Source of the DNA: Planctomicrobium piriforme | GTDB taxonomy: Bacteria; Planctomycetota; Planctomycetia; Pirellulales; UBA1268 | Assembly (NCBI GenBank): GCA_945869735.1 | Contig: CAMBPQ010000004.1 | Location: forward strand, 5,219 to 69,218 | DNA length: 64,000 nt | Direction: 5' to 3' | Part shown: positions 46,492 through 56,729 of the stretch, one piece after another | Numbering within the stretch: position 1 is the first letter of the stretch | Layout of the letters: each line of letters begins with the position of its first letter | Position numbers and translations under genes: made by a program | The notes under the pieces: model-generated | Told to the model about the DNA's origin: nothing | The model's input: only the letters and a program-made list of their open reading frames with translations | The model's database searches: none

Positions 46492-47151
46492 TCAGCTCTC
46501 GGCCCGATGCCGGACGATGTCGCCCTCGACCATGTAGACGACATCCTCGGCGATGTTCGTCGCCATGTCGGCGATCCGCTCGATGTGCTTGGAGACGGAG
46601 TTGATCCGGAGCAGGTTCTCAACGTTCTCGGGGTCGTTCTTGATGCCCTGGAGCACCCGCCGCTGGATCCGCTGCCGGGCCTCATCAACGATGTCGTCCT
46701 CCTCACGCACTTGCCGGGCTAGCGCAGGATCTCCCTTCACCACGGCATCGAGGCACTGGCGGACCATCTCCTGCGCCTGCGTGGCCATCGTGCGGATCTC
46801 CGGGGGCAGGTCGTACGGATTGCCCCCTTCCAACTGCGTCACCCGCTTGGCGATGTTCCTCGCGAGGTCGCCCATCCGTTCGAGATCGTTGTTGATCTTG
46901 AGTGCGGCCACCACAAACCGCAAGTCGGCAGCCACCGGCTGATAGAGGGCGAGGATCTTGAGGCACTCCTCTTCGACCTCCACCTCCATGCTGTCGATCT
47001 CCTCGTCGTTGGCCATCACCCGCTGGGCAAGAGGAAGATCGCGGTTGATCAACGCCGTGATCGACTTCGAGATCGCCTCCTCCACGAGGGTCCCGACACG
47101 CAGGATCCGCTCCCTGAGGTTCTCGAGTTGGCGTTCGATGTGTTTGGTCAT
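46492..47151 (-). CDS. phoU: phosphate signalling complex protein PhoU
   Basis: 219 aa, two PhoU repeats (..DEEIDSMEVEVEEECLKILALYQPVA.DLR.., ..ERIADMATNIAEDVVYMVEG..). Last gene of the pst operon. Confidence 0.95.
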   Translation of the reverse strand: MTKHIERQLENLRERILRVGTLVEEAISKSITALINRDLPLAQRVMANDEEIDSMEVEVEEECLKILALYQPVAADLRFVVAALKINNDLERMGDLARNIAKRVTQLEGGNPYDLPPEIRTMATQAQEMVRQCLDAVVKGDPALARQVREEDDIVDEARQRIQRRVLQGIKNDPENVENLLRINSVSKHIERIADMATNIAEDVVYMVEGDIVRHRAES

Positions 47152-47167
47152 GGGATTCCCGCGCGGG

Positions 47168-48088
47168 TCAGCCGAAGCGTCCGGTGACGTAGGCTTCCGT
47201 CTCGCGGAGGACGGGCTTGGTGAAGATGTCGGTGGTGGCGCCGTACTCGATCAACCGGCCGAGGTACATGAAGGCGGTGTAGTCGCTGCTCCGGCTGGCC
47301 TGCTGCATGTTGTGGGTCACGATCAGCACGGAATATCGGCCGCGGAGCTCCTGGATCAGGTCCTCCACTTTTCCGGTGGCGATCGGATCGAGCGCCGAAC
47401 AGGGCTCGTCAAGGAGGAGCACCTCGGGCTCGGCGGCGATGGCCCGGGCGATGCACAGCCGCTGCTGTTGGCCGCCCGAGAGCCCGAGGGCACTGTCCTG
47501 GAGCCGGTCTTTCACTTCGTCCCAGAGGGCTGCACCGCGGAGGCTCATCTCGCAGACCTCGTCGAGCACACCGCGGCTGGTTTCGCCGTCAATGCGGAGG
47601 GAGTAGACGACGTTTTCATAGATGCTCATCGGAAAAGGATTCGGCTTCTGGAAGACCATGCCCATCCGCTTCCGCAACTCGATCACGTCCATCCGGGGGT
47701 CGTAGATCGAATCACCGTTGAGTCGCATGTCACCAGTGATCCGCACGCTCTGCACCAGATCGTTAAGCCGATTCACGCTCCGCAGGAGCGTCGACTTGCC
47801 GCAGCCGCTGGGGCCGACGAGCGCCGTCACCTTGTTGAGCGGGATGGGCATCGTGATCCGATGGAGCGCCTGCTTCGTGCCATACCAGAGATTGAACCGG
47901 TCGATTTCCAAGACCGGCGGCTCCTTGAGCACGCCATCGTGCACCTCGGCCTCGACCTCGAGTCCCGCGGCGACGGCGATCAGACGATCCTGCGGAGGCT
48001 CTCCCGGACGGCTCACGGCCTCCGAAGCGATGTCCTGCCGCGCTCTGTCGACCGATTGCATGCTCGCCCCGCTTCCCATGAATCCCAT
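47168..48088 (-). CDS. pstB: phosphate ABC transporter ATP-binding protein
   Basis: Walker [10 protein letters not shown], signature [14 protein letters not shown], Walker [12 protein letters not shown]. The N-terminal ~45 aa extension means the start may be later (ATG 48061). Confidence 0.95.
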   Translation of the reverse strand: MGFMGSGASMQSVDRARQDIASEAVSRPGEPPQDRLIAVAAGLEVEAEVHDGVLKEPPVLEIDRFNLWYGTKQALHRITMPIPLNKVTALVGPSGCGKSTLLRSVNRLNDLVQSVRITGDMRLNGDSIYDPRMDVIELRKRMGMVFQKPNPFPMSIYENVVYSLRIDGETSRGVLDEVCEMSLRGAALWDEVKDRLQDSALGLSGGQQQRLCIARAIAAEPEVLLLDEPCSALDPIATGKVEDLIQELRGRYSVLIVTHNMQQASRSSDYTAFMYLGRLIEYGATTDIFTKPVLRETEAYVTGRFG

Positions 48089-48132
48089 GAATCCCGCCGA
48101 TTACGGGACAGCTCAATCGTACACCACGCCCG

Positions 48133-49815
48133 TCAAAAGTGTTGCGAGACGAACCGCCGCCGCAGCCTCGACCGCAGCCAGATCGCGGTCACGTTGAGTA
48201 GGGCGATGATCGCCACCAGGAGGAACGTGATCGTAAACACCATCGGCCGAGCCGCCTGGCTGTTGGGGCTCTGAAAGCCCACGTCATAGATCAGGTAGGC
48301 GAGGTGCATGAACTCTCGTTCTGGGTGGACGAACGGAAACGTTCCGTCCACCGGCAGTTCGACCGCGAGTTTCTTTACGCCCACGAGCATCAGCGGCGCG
48401 ACCTCGCCCGCGCCGCGGGCCATCGCGAGGATCAGTCCCGTCATAATCCCGGGCAGGGCCCGCGGCAGGACGATGCGGCGGATCGTCTGCCACTTGCCGG
48501 CGCCGCACGCATACGATCCCTCCCGCATCGAGTTGGGCACCGCGGAAAGCGCCTCCTCGGTGGCCACGATCACGACCGGAAGCGTGAGCAACGCGAGCGT
48601 GAGCGATGCCCAGAGGAGCCCGCCTGTGCCAAACGTGGGCTGCCCGTCGGCCACGAGGCTCGCCTTGAAAAACACGTCGTCAATGCCGGCGCCGACCACG
48701 TAGCAGAAGAAGCCGAGCCCGAAGGCGCCATAGACGATGCTCGGCACGCCGGCCAGGTTGTTGATCGCCACCCGCACCGCCGTGGTGACCGGGCCGCGGC
48801 CGGCGTATTCGCGGAGATAGAGCGCCGCAAGCACGCCGAAAGGAGCCACGAAGATCGCCATGATGAGGGTCATCGTCACCGTGCCCCAGATCGCGGGAAA
48901 CACGCCGCCGGCGCTGTTGGCCTCACGGGGATCGTCACCGAGGAACTCCCCCCACCGCGAGAGATAGACGCCCAAGTTGCCGGCGAGCGAGAGCCTGTTG
49001 GGCTGCCAGGCGCGAACGATCCCGTCGAGCGGCACGGGCACGCTGGCGCCCGACGCCGTTTCGAACTCAACAACCCACCCCGCATTCTCCCCCCTGAGTT
49101 TTGCTGTTTCCTCGTCGAGGGTCTGCTCACGGCGTTCGATCTCCCCGGCCAGCTGCCGCTCACGGCGTTCGGCCTCGGACTGTCGCTGGCTGCCGGCACC
49201 AGCGTCGAGCCCCGCCTGCACCACCGCCAGCCGTGCGGCATGGCGTTGCCGCTGGAGTTCGCCGCGCTCGTGCTTGTCGATCCACACGGCGCGGAGCAGG
49301 CGACCGCGGGCGATGGGGTGCTCCCGCGCGAACGCCTCCCCGACATCGACGGACCCTTCGGCCACGACTCGATCGCCGTGCCGCAGCCGCCGGGGAATGC
49401 CGTGCAACCGCCCGGCGTCCAACCGCTCGACCACGGTCGCCCACTCGGGTTGCGAGATGTCGGCGATCAGAGTGTCGTCGATCCACTCGAAGTGGTTGCC
49501 GCTAGCGTCGAAGTCGCCGGTGCGGACAAGCCGCCGCCCCGGATGTCCGGCAATGGCCGCCGTGGTGGGCTCGAGAGGCTCCCGCTCGGTAACCTCGCCA
49601 AACACCCGCCGGCCGTCGGCGAGCGTGACGAGTTCCAGGGGCACCGGCCAGAAAGTGGCGAGCCCCCGCCACGCGATCAACGAGAGCAGCCCGACGATCA
49701 TCGCTATCGCCAGCGCCAGCGACGAGGCCGTGAGCCACACCCACGGCTCGCCGTGGGCGGTGAGGTTGGCGTGCCCGGACCGGGCGCGGCGGCGGGGAAG
49801 GCTTTCAGAGTTCAT
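48133..49815 (-). CDS. pstA: phosphate ABC transporter permease PstA (long form with extra N-terminal periplasmic segment)
   Basis: 560 aa. C-terminal ~280 aa form the permease core (..EALSAVPNSMREGSYACGAGKWQTIRRIVLP..). The N-terminus has one TM helix plus ~230 aa including a coiled-coil-like stretch. Overlaps the pstC stop by 11 nt. Confidence 0.9.
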   Translation of the reverse strand: MNSESLPRRRARSGHANLTAHGEPWVWLTASSLALAIAMIVGLLSLIAWRGLATFWPVPLELVTLADGRRVFGEVTEREPLEPTTAAIAGHPGRRLVRTGDFDASGNHFEWIDDTLIADISQPEWATVVERLDAGRLHGIPRRLRHGDRVVAEGSVDVGEAFAREHPIARGRLLRAVWIDKHERGELQRQRHAARLAVVQAGLDAGAGSQRQSEAERRERQLAGEIERREQTLDEETAKLRGENAGWVVEFETASGASVPVPLDGIVRAWQPNRLSLAGNLGVYLSRWGEFLGDDPREANSAGGVFPAIWGTVTMTLIMAIFVAPFGVLAALYLREYAGRGPVTTAVRVAINNLAGVPSIVYGAFGLGFFCYVVGAGIDDVFFKASLVADGQPTFGTGGLLWASLTLALLTLPVVIVATEEALSAVPNSMREGSYACGAGKWQTIRRIVLPRALPGIMTGLILAMARGAGEVAPLMLVGVKKLAVELPVDGTFPFVHPEREFMHLAYLIYDVGFQSPNSQAARPMVFTITFLLVAIIALLNVTAIWLRSRLRRRFVSQHF

Positions 49816-52504
49816 AAGCCCTCTTGCGAAACCGCTGCCGCACGAGTTCGGCTACCGTGTTGACAACGAACGTGATCGCGAACAGCGTCAGCGCTGCGAG
49901 AAACAGCACCCGATAATGGGCCGACCCACGGGCCGCCTCGGGAAGCTCCGTGGCGATCGCTGCCGAGAGCGTCTGAAAGCCGTTAAACAGGTTCCAGCTG
50001 ACCAGCGGCGTGTTGCCGGCCGCCATCAGCACGATCATCGTTTCGCCCACCGCGCGGCCGAGGCCGATCATCACGGCGGAGAACAGGCCGCTGGCCGCCG
50101 CCGGCACGATCACGCGAACCGCCGTCTGCCAGGGCGTTGCTCCGGCACCGAGCGACGCACTGCGGAGGTGTTCGGGGACGCTCGACAGTGCGTCGTCGGC
50201 GATCGTGAAGATCAGCGGGATGATCGCGAAACTCATGCCGATGGCGACGATCAGCGCGTTGCGTTGCACGTATGTCCCGAAGATGCCGCCACGGGTGTCG
50301 AGTCGCAGCGAGTCGAACAACACCGCGACCGCGACCGCGAACGCCACGGTCGCGACCACGCCACAGAGAAACACGAGGAGCGAGGCGGCGGCCGCTCGCC
50401 TGTGCGTCCAGCTGCCGCTGACCCGCCGGAGCCAGGGATTCACGAAGCGACCGACGAGCGCCGTGGCAGCGATCGCGGCCAGCGGCAGGCTGGCGAACAC
50501 CCAGCCCCCAAAGCCGCTGCCACCACGGCCATCGAGCCAACTGGTGACATTGCCGCCAAACAGGAATCGCTCGGCCGCCGGAGCCAACGTGCGCGACAGT
50601 GCGATCCCGACCGGCAGGGCCCCAAAGGCGACGACCGCGAGCCGCCAACCGGCATACCGGGTCCGCCACCCGGACGGCAGCAGCTGCCAGAGGTGGGCCG
50701 AGAGGAGGATCACGACGGGGACCAGAAAACAACCGGCCAGGAGCGGCATCAGCGACCGCTCGATCACAGGGGCGAACACCAGCCCGGCCATGAACCCGAG
50801 CACCACACTCGGCAGGCTCGCCATCATCTCGATCGTCGGCTTGATGCGGGCCTTCCACCGGGCGTGCATGAACTGACTGGCGTAGATCGCCGCGAGCAGG
50901 GCGATCGGCGTGGCAAACAGCATTGAGTAGAGCGTGGCCTTGAGGGTGCCGAAGATCAGGGGCACGAGACCAAACTTCGACTCAAACGCCTCGTGACCAG
51001 TCGTTTCCCACGCATGCGAGGCGCCGACGTAGTTTTCATACCAGACAGGCGCGAGCAGCGTGCGGGCTGAAATCTCGGGGTAGCCGGTGTCAATGGACCA
51101 GACGGCGAGGCTGCCGCGGCCGATGGCGAGCAGGCGGTTCTCGCGGGACGAGATGCAGAGCCGTGCGGCCAGGATCGACGGGCCCGCGTCGGCAGCCGCA
51201 CGTGCGACTGGCGGCTCGAGCACGTCTGATCCGGCGGTCGACTGCAGGAGGCGGACGCCCCGCGCGGCATCGGAAACCGCGAACAGCCGCGACCTGGGAG
51301 ACGCGGCGATGGCCGTGATGGCGACGGCCTCGTCGGCCCGCCGTGGTTCGAACGTGCGGGCAACGGCCATGCGGAGCCCGTCAGCGGCACCCTTGCCGAC
51401 GTCTGCCGCCTCGCCGCCTTCGGACACGCCGCGAGTGGCGAACATGATCCGCACCCGGCCGAGAGAATCCCCGACCGCGAGCGTCGCCCCGCCGAAGAGC
51501 CGCTCGACGACCGTCACCTCGGCGTCGCCCGGACCCGCATCGAACGACTCCATGAGCACGGGTGAGTCGATGTCGCGAATCAGATACCGGTGGGCCTCGC
51601 CACTCGTCGCGATCAGGAACAATTGGTCACCGAGCGCCGACGTGCGGATGAATCGGGCCTTGAACCCGACCGGCGGCTCGATCGACACACCCTTCGGCGT
51701 GCTCGTCATCTTTCCGGTGAGCATGTTGCGTTTCGAGGTCACGGCCTCGACACGGATGCGGCCGGTGTCGTCCACGGCGGCCACGAGCGGGCCACCGGCG
51801 AGCGACACCACGTCGATGTCGATGACGGGCCCACCGAGCGGTAGGGTAGGCGGCGGCCCAAGTTCCGTGATGAGCGACACGCGGGAAAATCGGTCGCCGG
51901 CCAACCGCACCACGAGCGAACCGTCAACCGTCACGGCCCCGCCCACCTGCTTCGGAAGTTGATCCGGTCGGAGTTCCTCGGCGGGTTGGTAGGCGGAGTC
52001 GAGGCCGATGCGGCCGGTGCGAAATGAGCCGTCTGCAAAGCCGACCGCGGCGAGCATGCCGCCGGGCGGCACGCGGACGGCCGAACTACCGGCGAGTCCG
52101 GTGTCGGATGCCGGCTTGTCGAGGAGCGTTTGGCCGTCGGCCAGCCCCACGACAGTGATGCCTCCGGCGACATCAGACTCGCCGTGCAGCAGCCAGGCCA
52201 CCGCCCCCGACTCATCGGCACCGAGGGCTGCGGTGCGACCGGAAGTCAGCGGCGAGACCAGGTCGAGCGATCCAAACGCACCCTTGAAGAGCGGGGCGGC
52301 AACGGCGATCAAAAACACGCCCACCGCGAGCACAGCTACGATGGTACCGATCCCGCCGAGCGTGATCACGGCGCGGGCGATCGAGTCGGAGGCCCTCACC
52401 CACGGATGGGTCGCGCGCCGCCGAGGCCGACCGGTAAATGTGGACTTGGCCTGCATGCGACCGAAGCGTGTGCGGTGTGCCCAACCCGGCCCGCGCTGGG
52501 CCAC
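49805..52504 (-). CDS. pstC: phosphate ABC transporter permease PstC (long form with ~500-aa N-terminal periplasmic domain)
   Basis: 899 aa. C-terminal ~330 aa form the PstC core (..DDALSSVPEHLRSASLGAGATPWQTAVRVIVPAA..). The N-terminus has one TM helix followed by a long soluble domain. ATG 52456 is an alternative start. Confidence 0.9.
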   Translation of the reverse strand: MAQRGPGWAHRTRFGRMQAKSTFTGRPRRRATHPWVRASDSIARAVITLGGIGTIVAVLAVGVFLIAVAAPLFKGAFGSLDLVSPLTSGRTAALGADESGAVAWLLHGESDVAGGITVVGLADGQTLLDKPASDTGLAGSSAVRVPPGGMLAAVGFADGSFRTGRIGLDSAYQPAEELRPDQLPKQVGGAVTVDGSLVVRLAGDRFSRVSLITELGPPPTLPLGGPVIDIDVVSLAGGPLVAAVDDTGRIRVEAVTSKRNMLTGKMTSTPKGVSIEPPVGFKARFIRTSALGDQLFLIATSGEAHRYLIRDIDSPVLMESFDAGPGDAEVTVVERLFGGATLAVGDSLGRVRIMFATRGVSEGGEAADVGKGAADGLRMAVARTFEPRRADEAVAITAIAASPRSRLFAVSDAARGVRLLQSTAGSDVLEPPVARAAADAGPSILAARLCISSRENRLLAIGRGSLAVWSIDTGYPEISARTLLAPVWYENYVGASHAWETTGHEAFESKFGLVPLIFGTLKATLYSMLFATPIALLAAIYASQFMHARWKARIKPTIEMMASLPSVVLGFMAGLVFAPVIERSLMPLLAGCFLVPVVILLSAHLWQLLPSGWRTRYAGWRLAVVAFGALPVGIALSRTLAPAAERFLFGGNVTSWLDGRGGSGFGGWVFASLPLAAIAATALVGRFVNPWLRRVSGSWTHRRAAAASLLVFLCGVVATVAFAVAVAVLFDSLRLDTRGGIFGTYVQRNALIVAIGMSFAIIPLIFTIADDALSSVPEHLRSASLGAGATPWQTAVRVIVPAAASGLFSAVMIGLGRAVGETMIVLMAAGNTPLVSWNLFNGFQTLSAAIATELPEAARGSAHYRVLFLAALTLFAITFVVNTVAELVRQRFRKRAYEL

Positions 52505-52514
52505 GTCGCCAGGA

Positions 52515-53486
52515 TCACTCGATTCCGACGTCCTTCATGGCCTGCTCGACGACCGCCGCCGGCAGCGGCAGATAGCCATCCTTCTTCACGTCGGCCTGCC
52601 CTGAGGCACTGAGCACGTAGCGAAGAAACTCCCGCCGCAGCGGATCGAGCGCCGCGGCAGGATTGCGGTTGACGCTGAGATAGAGGAACCGGGCGAGCGA
52701 ATAATCGCCTGAGTAGGCATTGGCCGCCACGGGCGCAACCACCGCCGAGTTAGATTTTGCGGCGAGGGGCACGGCCCTGACGTCGGCAGTCTTGTAGCCG
52801 ATGCCGCTGTAGCCGATGCCAAACTTGTCGCTCGCGATCGCCTGCACGACGGCCGAACTTCCCGGCTGCTCCTTCACAGTCGACTTAAAGTCACCCTTGA
52901 AGAGGGCGAACTCCTTGAAGTAGCCATAGGTGCCGCTCGTCGCATTGCGACCGTAGAGGCTGATCGGTTTGTCTTTCCATTCGCCCTCCAGCCCGAGGTC
53001 GCCCCACGTGCGGATGTCGGCGGCCGCACCGCCGTTGCGGTTTTTCGAAAAGATCGCGTCGACCTGTGGGAGCGTGAGTGACTTAAGCGGGTTGTCGCGG
53101 TGGACGAAAACGGCCAGCATGTCGAGCGCCACCGGCACGACGGTCGGCGGGTAGCCGTGCTTTGTCTTGAAGGCATCGATCTCGGCGGGCTTCCAGTCGC
53201 GGCTCATTGGGCCGAACGTGCAGGTGCCTTCGGCGAGCGCCGGCGGCGCCGAGGCCGATCCCTTGCCCTCGATGCCCTCGCGGACGCTCGGGTAAAACTT
53301 TTTAAATCCCTCCGCCCAGAGCGCGACGAGATTGTTCATCGTGTCGGAGCCGACGCACTTCAGCGACCCGGCCACTTCGCCTGCCGCCTTCTTGTACGCG
53401 GGCAACGCGGCGTCGATTTCCTGGGCCCACGCCCCCGGACACGCCAGCGCCACGACCGCGCCCACGACCATTGCCCCGCGCCGCAT
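52515..53486 (-). CDS. pstS: phosphate ABC transporter substrate-binding protein
   Basis: ORF 52515-53555. Preferred start ATG 53486 (MRRGAMVVGAVVALACPGAWAQE, signal peptide), or GTG 53501 7 nt after GGAGG. ..GSDTMNNLV..GYSGIGY.. fits the PstS/PBP fold. Confidence 0.9.
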   Translation of the reverse strand: MRRGAMVVGAVVALACPGAWAQEIDAALPAYKKAAGEVAGSLKCVGSDTMNNLVALWAEGFKKFYPSVREGIEGKGSASAPPALAEGTCTFGPMSRDWKPAEIDAFKTKHGYPPTVVPVALDMLAVFVHRDNPLKSLTLPQVDAIFSKNRNGGAAADIRTWGDLGLEGEWKDKPISLYGRNATSGTYGYFKEFALFKGDFKSTVKEQPGSSAVVQAIASDKFGIGYSGIGYKTADVRAVPLAAKSNSAVVAPVAANAYSGDYSLARFLYLSVNRNPAAALDPLRREFLRYVLSASGQADVKKDGYLPLPAAVVEQAMKDVGIE

Positions 53487-53578
53487 CAGTTGCTGAACCA
53501 CCACATCACCTCCGAATCCGACAGTTGTCCGCCCCACGGCCTCTGCCGTCGGCACGTCGAGTCAGTCTCTAACCACTG

Positions 53579-53610
53579 TTTATACAGCCGCATTGTGAGC
53601 CTTTTGTGAG
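53579..53610 (-). promoter_or_regulatory. Pho-box-like direct repeat plus -10 element upstream of pstS
   Basis: The minus strand reads CTCACAA-AAGG-CTCACAA (53610-53593), then 8 nt, then TATAAA (53584-53579). Two 7-bp direct repeats at 11-bp periodicity just upstream of a -10 box is the PhoB-promoter architecture. Confidence 0.45.
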
Positions 53611-53910
53611 TGGCCGCCAGACCCGGGGAAATCAGCGGTTCTTGAGGGTTTTTGAAAGTCGGCAACCACGACAAGCATCCCGTGTGGCTGCCCTACCGCT
53701 CACGCGGTGACGCTCCACTGATTCACAAAGCCCGAGGGCGTGAGCCATGAGGAACTTCCAGGAATGATGCAAGTCTCTCCTCAGAAAGCGTTTGCGTCTC
53801 GACCGATCGCTCAACAACGAGCATTCATCAGACGTTTTCGGAAGGCGTTTGGTAGACTTCTGATCTATGCTGGCCCCCAGAGGCCCGCCCCCCCCGCGCA
53901 TCACGCACCC

Positions 53911-54630
53911 GTGACCCACCAGGCAGCACAGGCCCTCGACCGGCTGACAACGACCCTCGCGGCCCACGGCCCGGTCGTGGTGCCCGCGCTCCTGCTCTGT
54001 GATTTCGGTCATCTGGCCCGTGAGGTTGAGCGGTTGGAGTCGGCGGGAGCCGCGGCTCTGCATCTCGACGTCATGGACGGTCGGTTCGTGCCCCAACTGA
54101 CGTACGGGCAGGTGGTGATCGAAGCAGTCCGTAAGGCATCACGCGTGCCGATCGAGACGCACCTCATGGTGGAGGAGCCGGAGCGGGTCATCGAGCACTA
54201 TGCGAAGCTCGGTTCGGACATCGTCACGATCCACATTGAAGCCTTGGACGATCCGCGGCGGGCGCTCGAAACACTGTCGTCGCTCGGCTGTAGGGCCCAC
54301 TTGGCGATCAGCCCCAACACGCCGGTCGAGCGGCTCGAACCGTATCTCGACGACTGCGACGGCGTGCTCGTGATGAGCGTGGAGCCCGGCTACGGCGGCC
54401 AGCGGTTCAATGAAGTCGCTCTCGAAAAACTCATCTGGCTCGCGGCGGCCCGCAGCCGACGAAATGCGTCGTTCCGTCTCGGAGTGGACGGCGGCATCTC
54501 AACCGAAACCATCGGCCTGGTGGCTGCGGCGGGGGCGGAACTGATCGTGGCGGGCAGCGCCGTGATCCGTTCGGCAGACTACGGCCGCGCGCTCACCGAA
54601 CTCGAAGCCCTCGCCCGCGCCGCGGCCTGA
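53911..54630 (+). CDS. rpe: ribulose-phosphate 3-epimerase
   Basis: ORF 53740-54630. ..LLLCDFGHLAREVERLESAGAAALHLDVMDGRFVPQLTYG.. and ..MSVEPGYGGQRF.. are Rpe signatures. A normal length suggests the GTG 53911 start; the start is uncertain. Confidence 0.85.
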   Translation: MTHQAAQALDRLTTTLAAHGPVVVPALLLCDFGHLAREVERLESAGAAALHLDVMDGRFVPQLTYGQVVIEAVRKASRVPIETHLMVEEPERVIEHYAKLGSDIVTIHIEALDDPRRALETLSSLGCRAHLAISPNTPVERLEPYLDDCDGVLVMSVEPGYGGQRFNEVALEKLIWLAAARSRRNASFRLGVDGGISTETIGLVAAAGAELIVAGSAVIRSADYGRALTELEALARAAA

Positions 54631-54659
54631 CATCCTTGACCCCGGAGACTTGTTAACCC

Positions 54660-55301
54660 GTGCCCGACCATCTGATCGTGATTCGTTCAGGCGCCACCGA
54701 CTACGACCTCCAGGAGAGGATCCGCGGGACGCTCGCCATGCCGCTCACGGCGGCAGGCATCGCAGCAGCCATGCGTGCCGGCGAACAGCTGGCGGCCGAG
54801 CCACCCCAGGCGATCTACGCCTCGACAGACGAGTGCGCCGCGGAAACTGGGCGTCTCGTCGGCCTCGCCTGCGGCATCAAGCCGCGGCAGGTGGCGAACC
54901 TGGGCAACCTTGACCTGGGCCTCTGGCAGGGCAAGCTCGTCGAAGAGATCCGCGAAAAGCAGCCCCGCCTCTATCGACAGTGGCAAGACAAACCGTGGTC
55001 AGTCGCGCCGCCTGAAGGCGAACTTTTGGAACAGGCCTGCGAGCGTGTCGAGGCCGCGGTCGAAAAACTCTTCAAGCGTCATCCGTCGGGCCGCATCGCC
55101 CTGGTCGTGCCGCAGCCGCTCGACGCGATCGTTTGTTGGCTCGTGTCAGGCCGCTCGATGGGCGACCTCTGGACTTTCGACCCAGAGCCCGACCTCGTCG
55201 ACGAACTGCCCGTCGCCGCCCAGTGGCAGTCATCGCGGCCCGGCGTGCCGCTGCCACCGGCGGCCGGCACCGTCTCCTCACACCCGTTTGTTTCCCGCTG
55301 A
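54660..55301 (+). CDS. histidine-phosphatase (PGAM) superfamily protein, catalytic His positions substituted
   Basis: GTG start. [12 protein letters not shown] where the family has RHGxT. ..[13 protein letters not shown].. where the family has V(S/T)HG. The overall layout otherwise matches (..[10 protein letters not shown].., ..LDLGLWQG..). Confidence 0.7.
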   Translation: MPDHLIVIRSGATDYDLQERIRGTLAMPLTAAGIAAAMRAGEQLAAEPPQAIYASTDECAAETGRLVGLACGIKPRQVANLGNLDLGLWQGKLVEEIREKQPRLYRQWQDKPWSVAPPEGELLEQACERVEAAVEKLFKRHPSGRIALVVPQPLDAIVCWLVSGRSMGDLWTFDPEPDLVDELPVAAQWQSSRPGVPLPPAAGTVSSHPFVSR

Positions 55302-55404
55302 AAGCGGCGCAGCACCGCCCCCAGCCAACGCGATAAACTCATGGACGTCGGCAGGGTGGCCCTGCCGCCGTTTTATCCCCGTTCGCCTTCCGCCGGTCTT
55401 GAGC

Positions 55405-56331
55405 ATGGAACGCCGCCGCCCGTCAGCGACCGCCTCCGACGTAGCCGTGAAGACGGCCGCGCCGCAGACCGCGGCCCCACGACAGCCAGCGGCTGCCGAA
55501 CCCGCGGCCGCGAATGGCCGGGGCCCGCGGCCGAAGCGTGGCGTGCCTGAGGGGCTATGGCAGAAATGCGACGGCTGTGGGGCCACGATCTACCGTAAAG
55601 AGGCCGAGGAGCTCCTCAACGTCTGCCCGCAATGCGGGTTTCACTGGTACGTCTCGGCGGCAAAGCGGATGGAGCAGCTGCTCGACGCGGGGACGTTCGA
55701 GGAGTGCGATGCCGACCTCAGGCCCACCGACCCGCTCGGATTTCGCGACAAGAAGCCGTATGCCGAGCGGATTGTGTCGGAACAGAAACGGACCGGTCTC
55801 CGCGACGCCGCCCTCACGGGCACGGGCATGATCCGCGCCCGCCGTGTGGCCTGCGGCGTGACCGACTCGTCGTTCATCATGGGCAGCATGGGGAGCGTGG
55901 TGGGCGAACGGCTCACGCGGCTCGTCGAGCGGGCGACCGCCGGCAGGCTGCCGCTGATCATCATCAGCGCGTCGGGCGGTGGCGCTCGGATGCACGAGGG
56001 CATCCTGTCACTGATGCAGATGGCGAAGGTGTCGGCTGCTTTGGCCCGCTACTCCCAGGCGGGCGGCCTTTTCATTTCGGTGCTCACCAACCCGACTATG
56101 GGCGGAGTGGCGGCGAGTTTCGCGTCGCTCGGTGACCTCTGTTTCGCGGAGCCGAGGGCCCTGATCGGGTTCGCGGGCCCACGAACAATCAAGGCGACGA
56201 TCCGGGTGGAGCTTCCGAAGGGATTCCAGACGAGTGAGTTTCTCCTCGAGCACGGTTTCATCGACCGGATCGTGCCACGGAAAGATCTCAAGAGCGAAAT
56301 CGCGAGGGCGATTGACTTCTGTGGTGGCTGA
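55405..56331 (+). CDS. accD: acetyl-CoA carboxylase carboxyltransferase subunit beta
   Basis: ORF 54775-56331 trimmed to ATG 55405 (MERRRPS..). Zn ribbon [26 protein letters not shown], then ..SMGSVVGE....GGARMHEG.. Confidence 0.9.
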   Translation: MERRRPSATASDVAVKTAAPQTAAPRQPAAAEPAAANGRGPRPKRGVPEGLWQKCDGCGATIYRKEAEELLNVCPQCGFHWYVSAAKRMEQLLDAGTFEECDADLRPTDPLGFRDKKPYAERIVSEQKRTGLRDAALTGTGMIRARRVACGVTDSSFIMGSMGSVVGERLTRLVERATAGRLPLIIISASGGGARMHEGILSLMQMAKVSAALARYSQAGGLFISVLTNPTMGGVAASFASLGDLCFAEPRALIGFAGPRTIKATIRVELPKGFQTSEFLLEHGFIDRIVPRKDLKSEIARAIDFCGG

Positions 56332-56357
56332 CCACGCAGTCGATTGCATACCGGCCG

Positions 56358-56723
56358 TCAGGCCGGGGTCATCGCGTCGATCTTGGCGGCGAGGATGAAA
56401 TCGTTTTCCGACAGCCCGCCAATGGCGTGCGTGTGAATCTCGATCCACACTCGGCGGTAGCCCTCGAGGTGCAGGTCGGGATGATGCTGCTCCCGCTCGG
56501 CGAGCGCCGCGATGTTATTCATCATCTTGATCGCGGACCGGAAGTCAGGCAGCGTCCAGTCGCGGCGGATTCGTGTGTCGTCATGCGTCAGGTGCCAGCC
56601 GGCGAGTCCCGCCACCTGGGCTTCCGCTTCCGCAGCCGAATACCTCGCCACGCCCCCCTCACAGGGAACGCATTTCTTTGCAACGAGTTGGGCGGAGCCC
56701 TGCGGCGGATTGGGAGCGCTCAT
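56358..56723 (-). CDS. 4a-hydroxytetrahydrobiopterin dehydratase (pterin-4-alpha-carbinolamine dehydratase)
   Basis: 121 aa. ..F..A......IA.LAEREQHHPDLHLEGYRRVWIEIHTHAIGGLSENDFILAAKID is the PCD signature region. Confidence 0.9.
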   Translation of the reverse strand: MSAPNPPQGSAQLVAKKCVPCEGGVARYSAAEAEAQVAGLAGWHLTHDDTRIRRDWTLPDFRSAIKMMNNIAALAEREQHHPDLHLEGYRRVWIEIHTHAIGGLSENDFILAAKIDAMTPA

Positions 56724-56729
56724 GGAGAG

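Noticed and set aside
48304-50926. Plus-strand ORFs 48304-49863 (519 aa) and 48977-50926 (649 aa).
   Set aside because: They are antisense to pstA/pstC. They are extremely Arg/Pro/Gly-rich and overlap each other in different frames.
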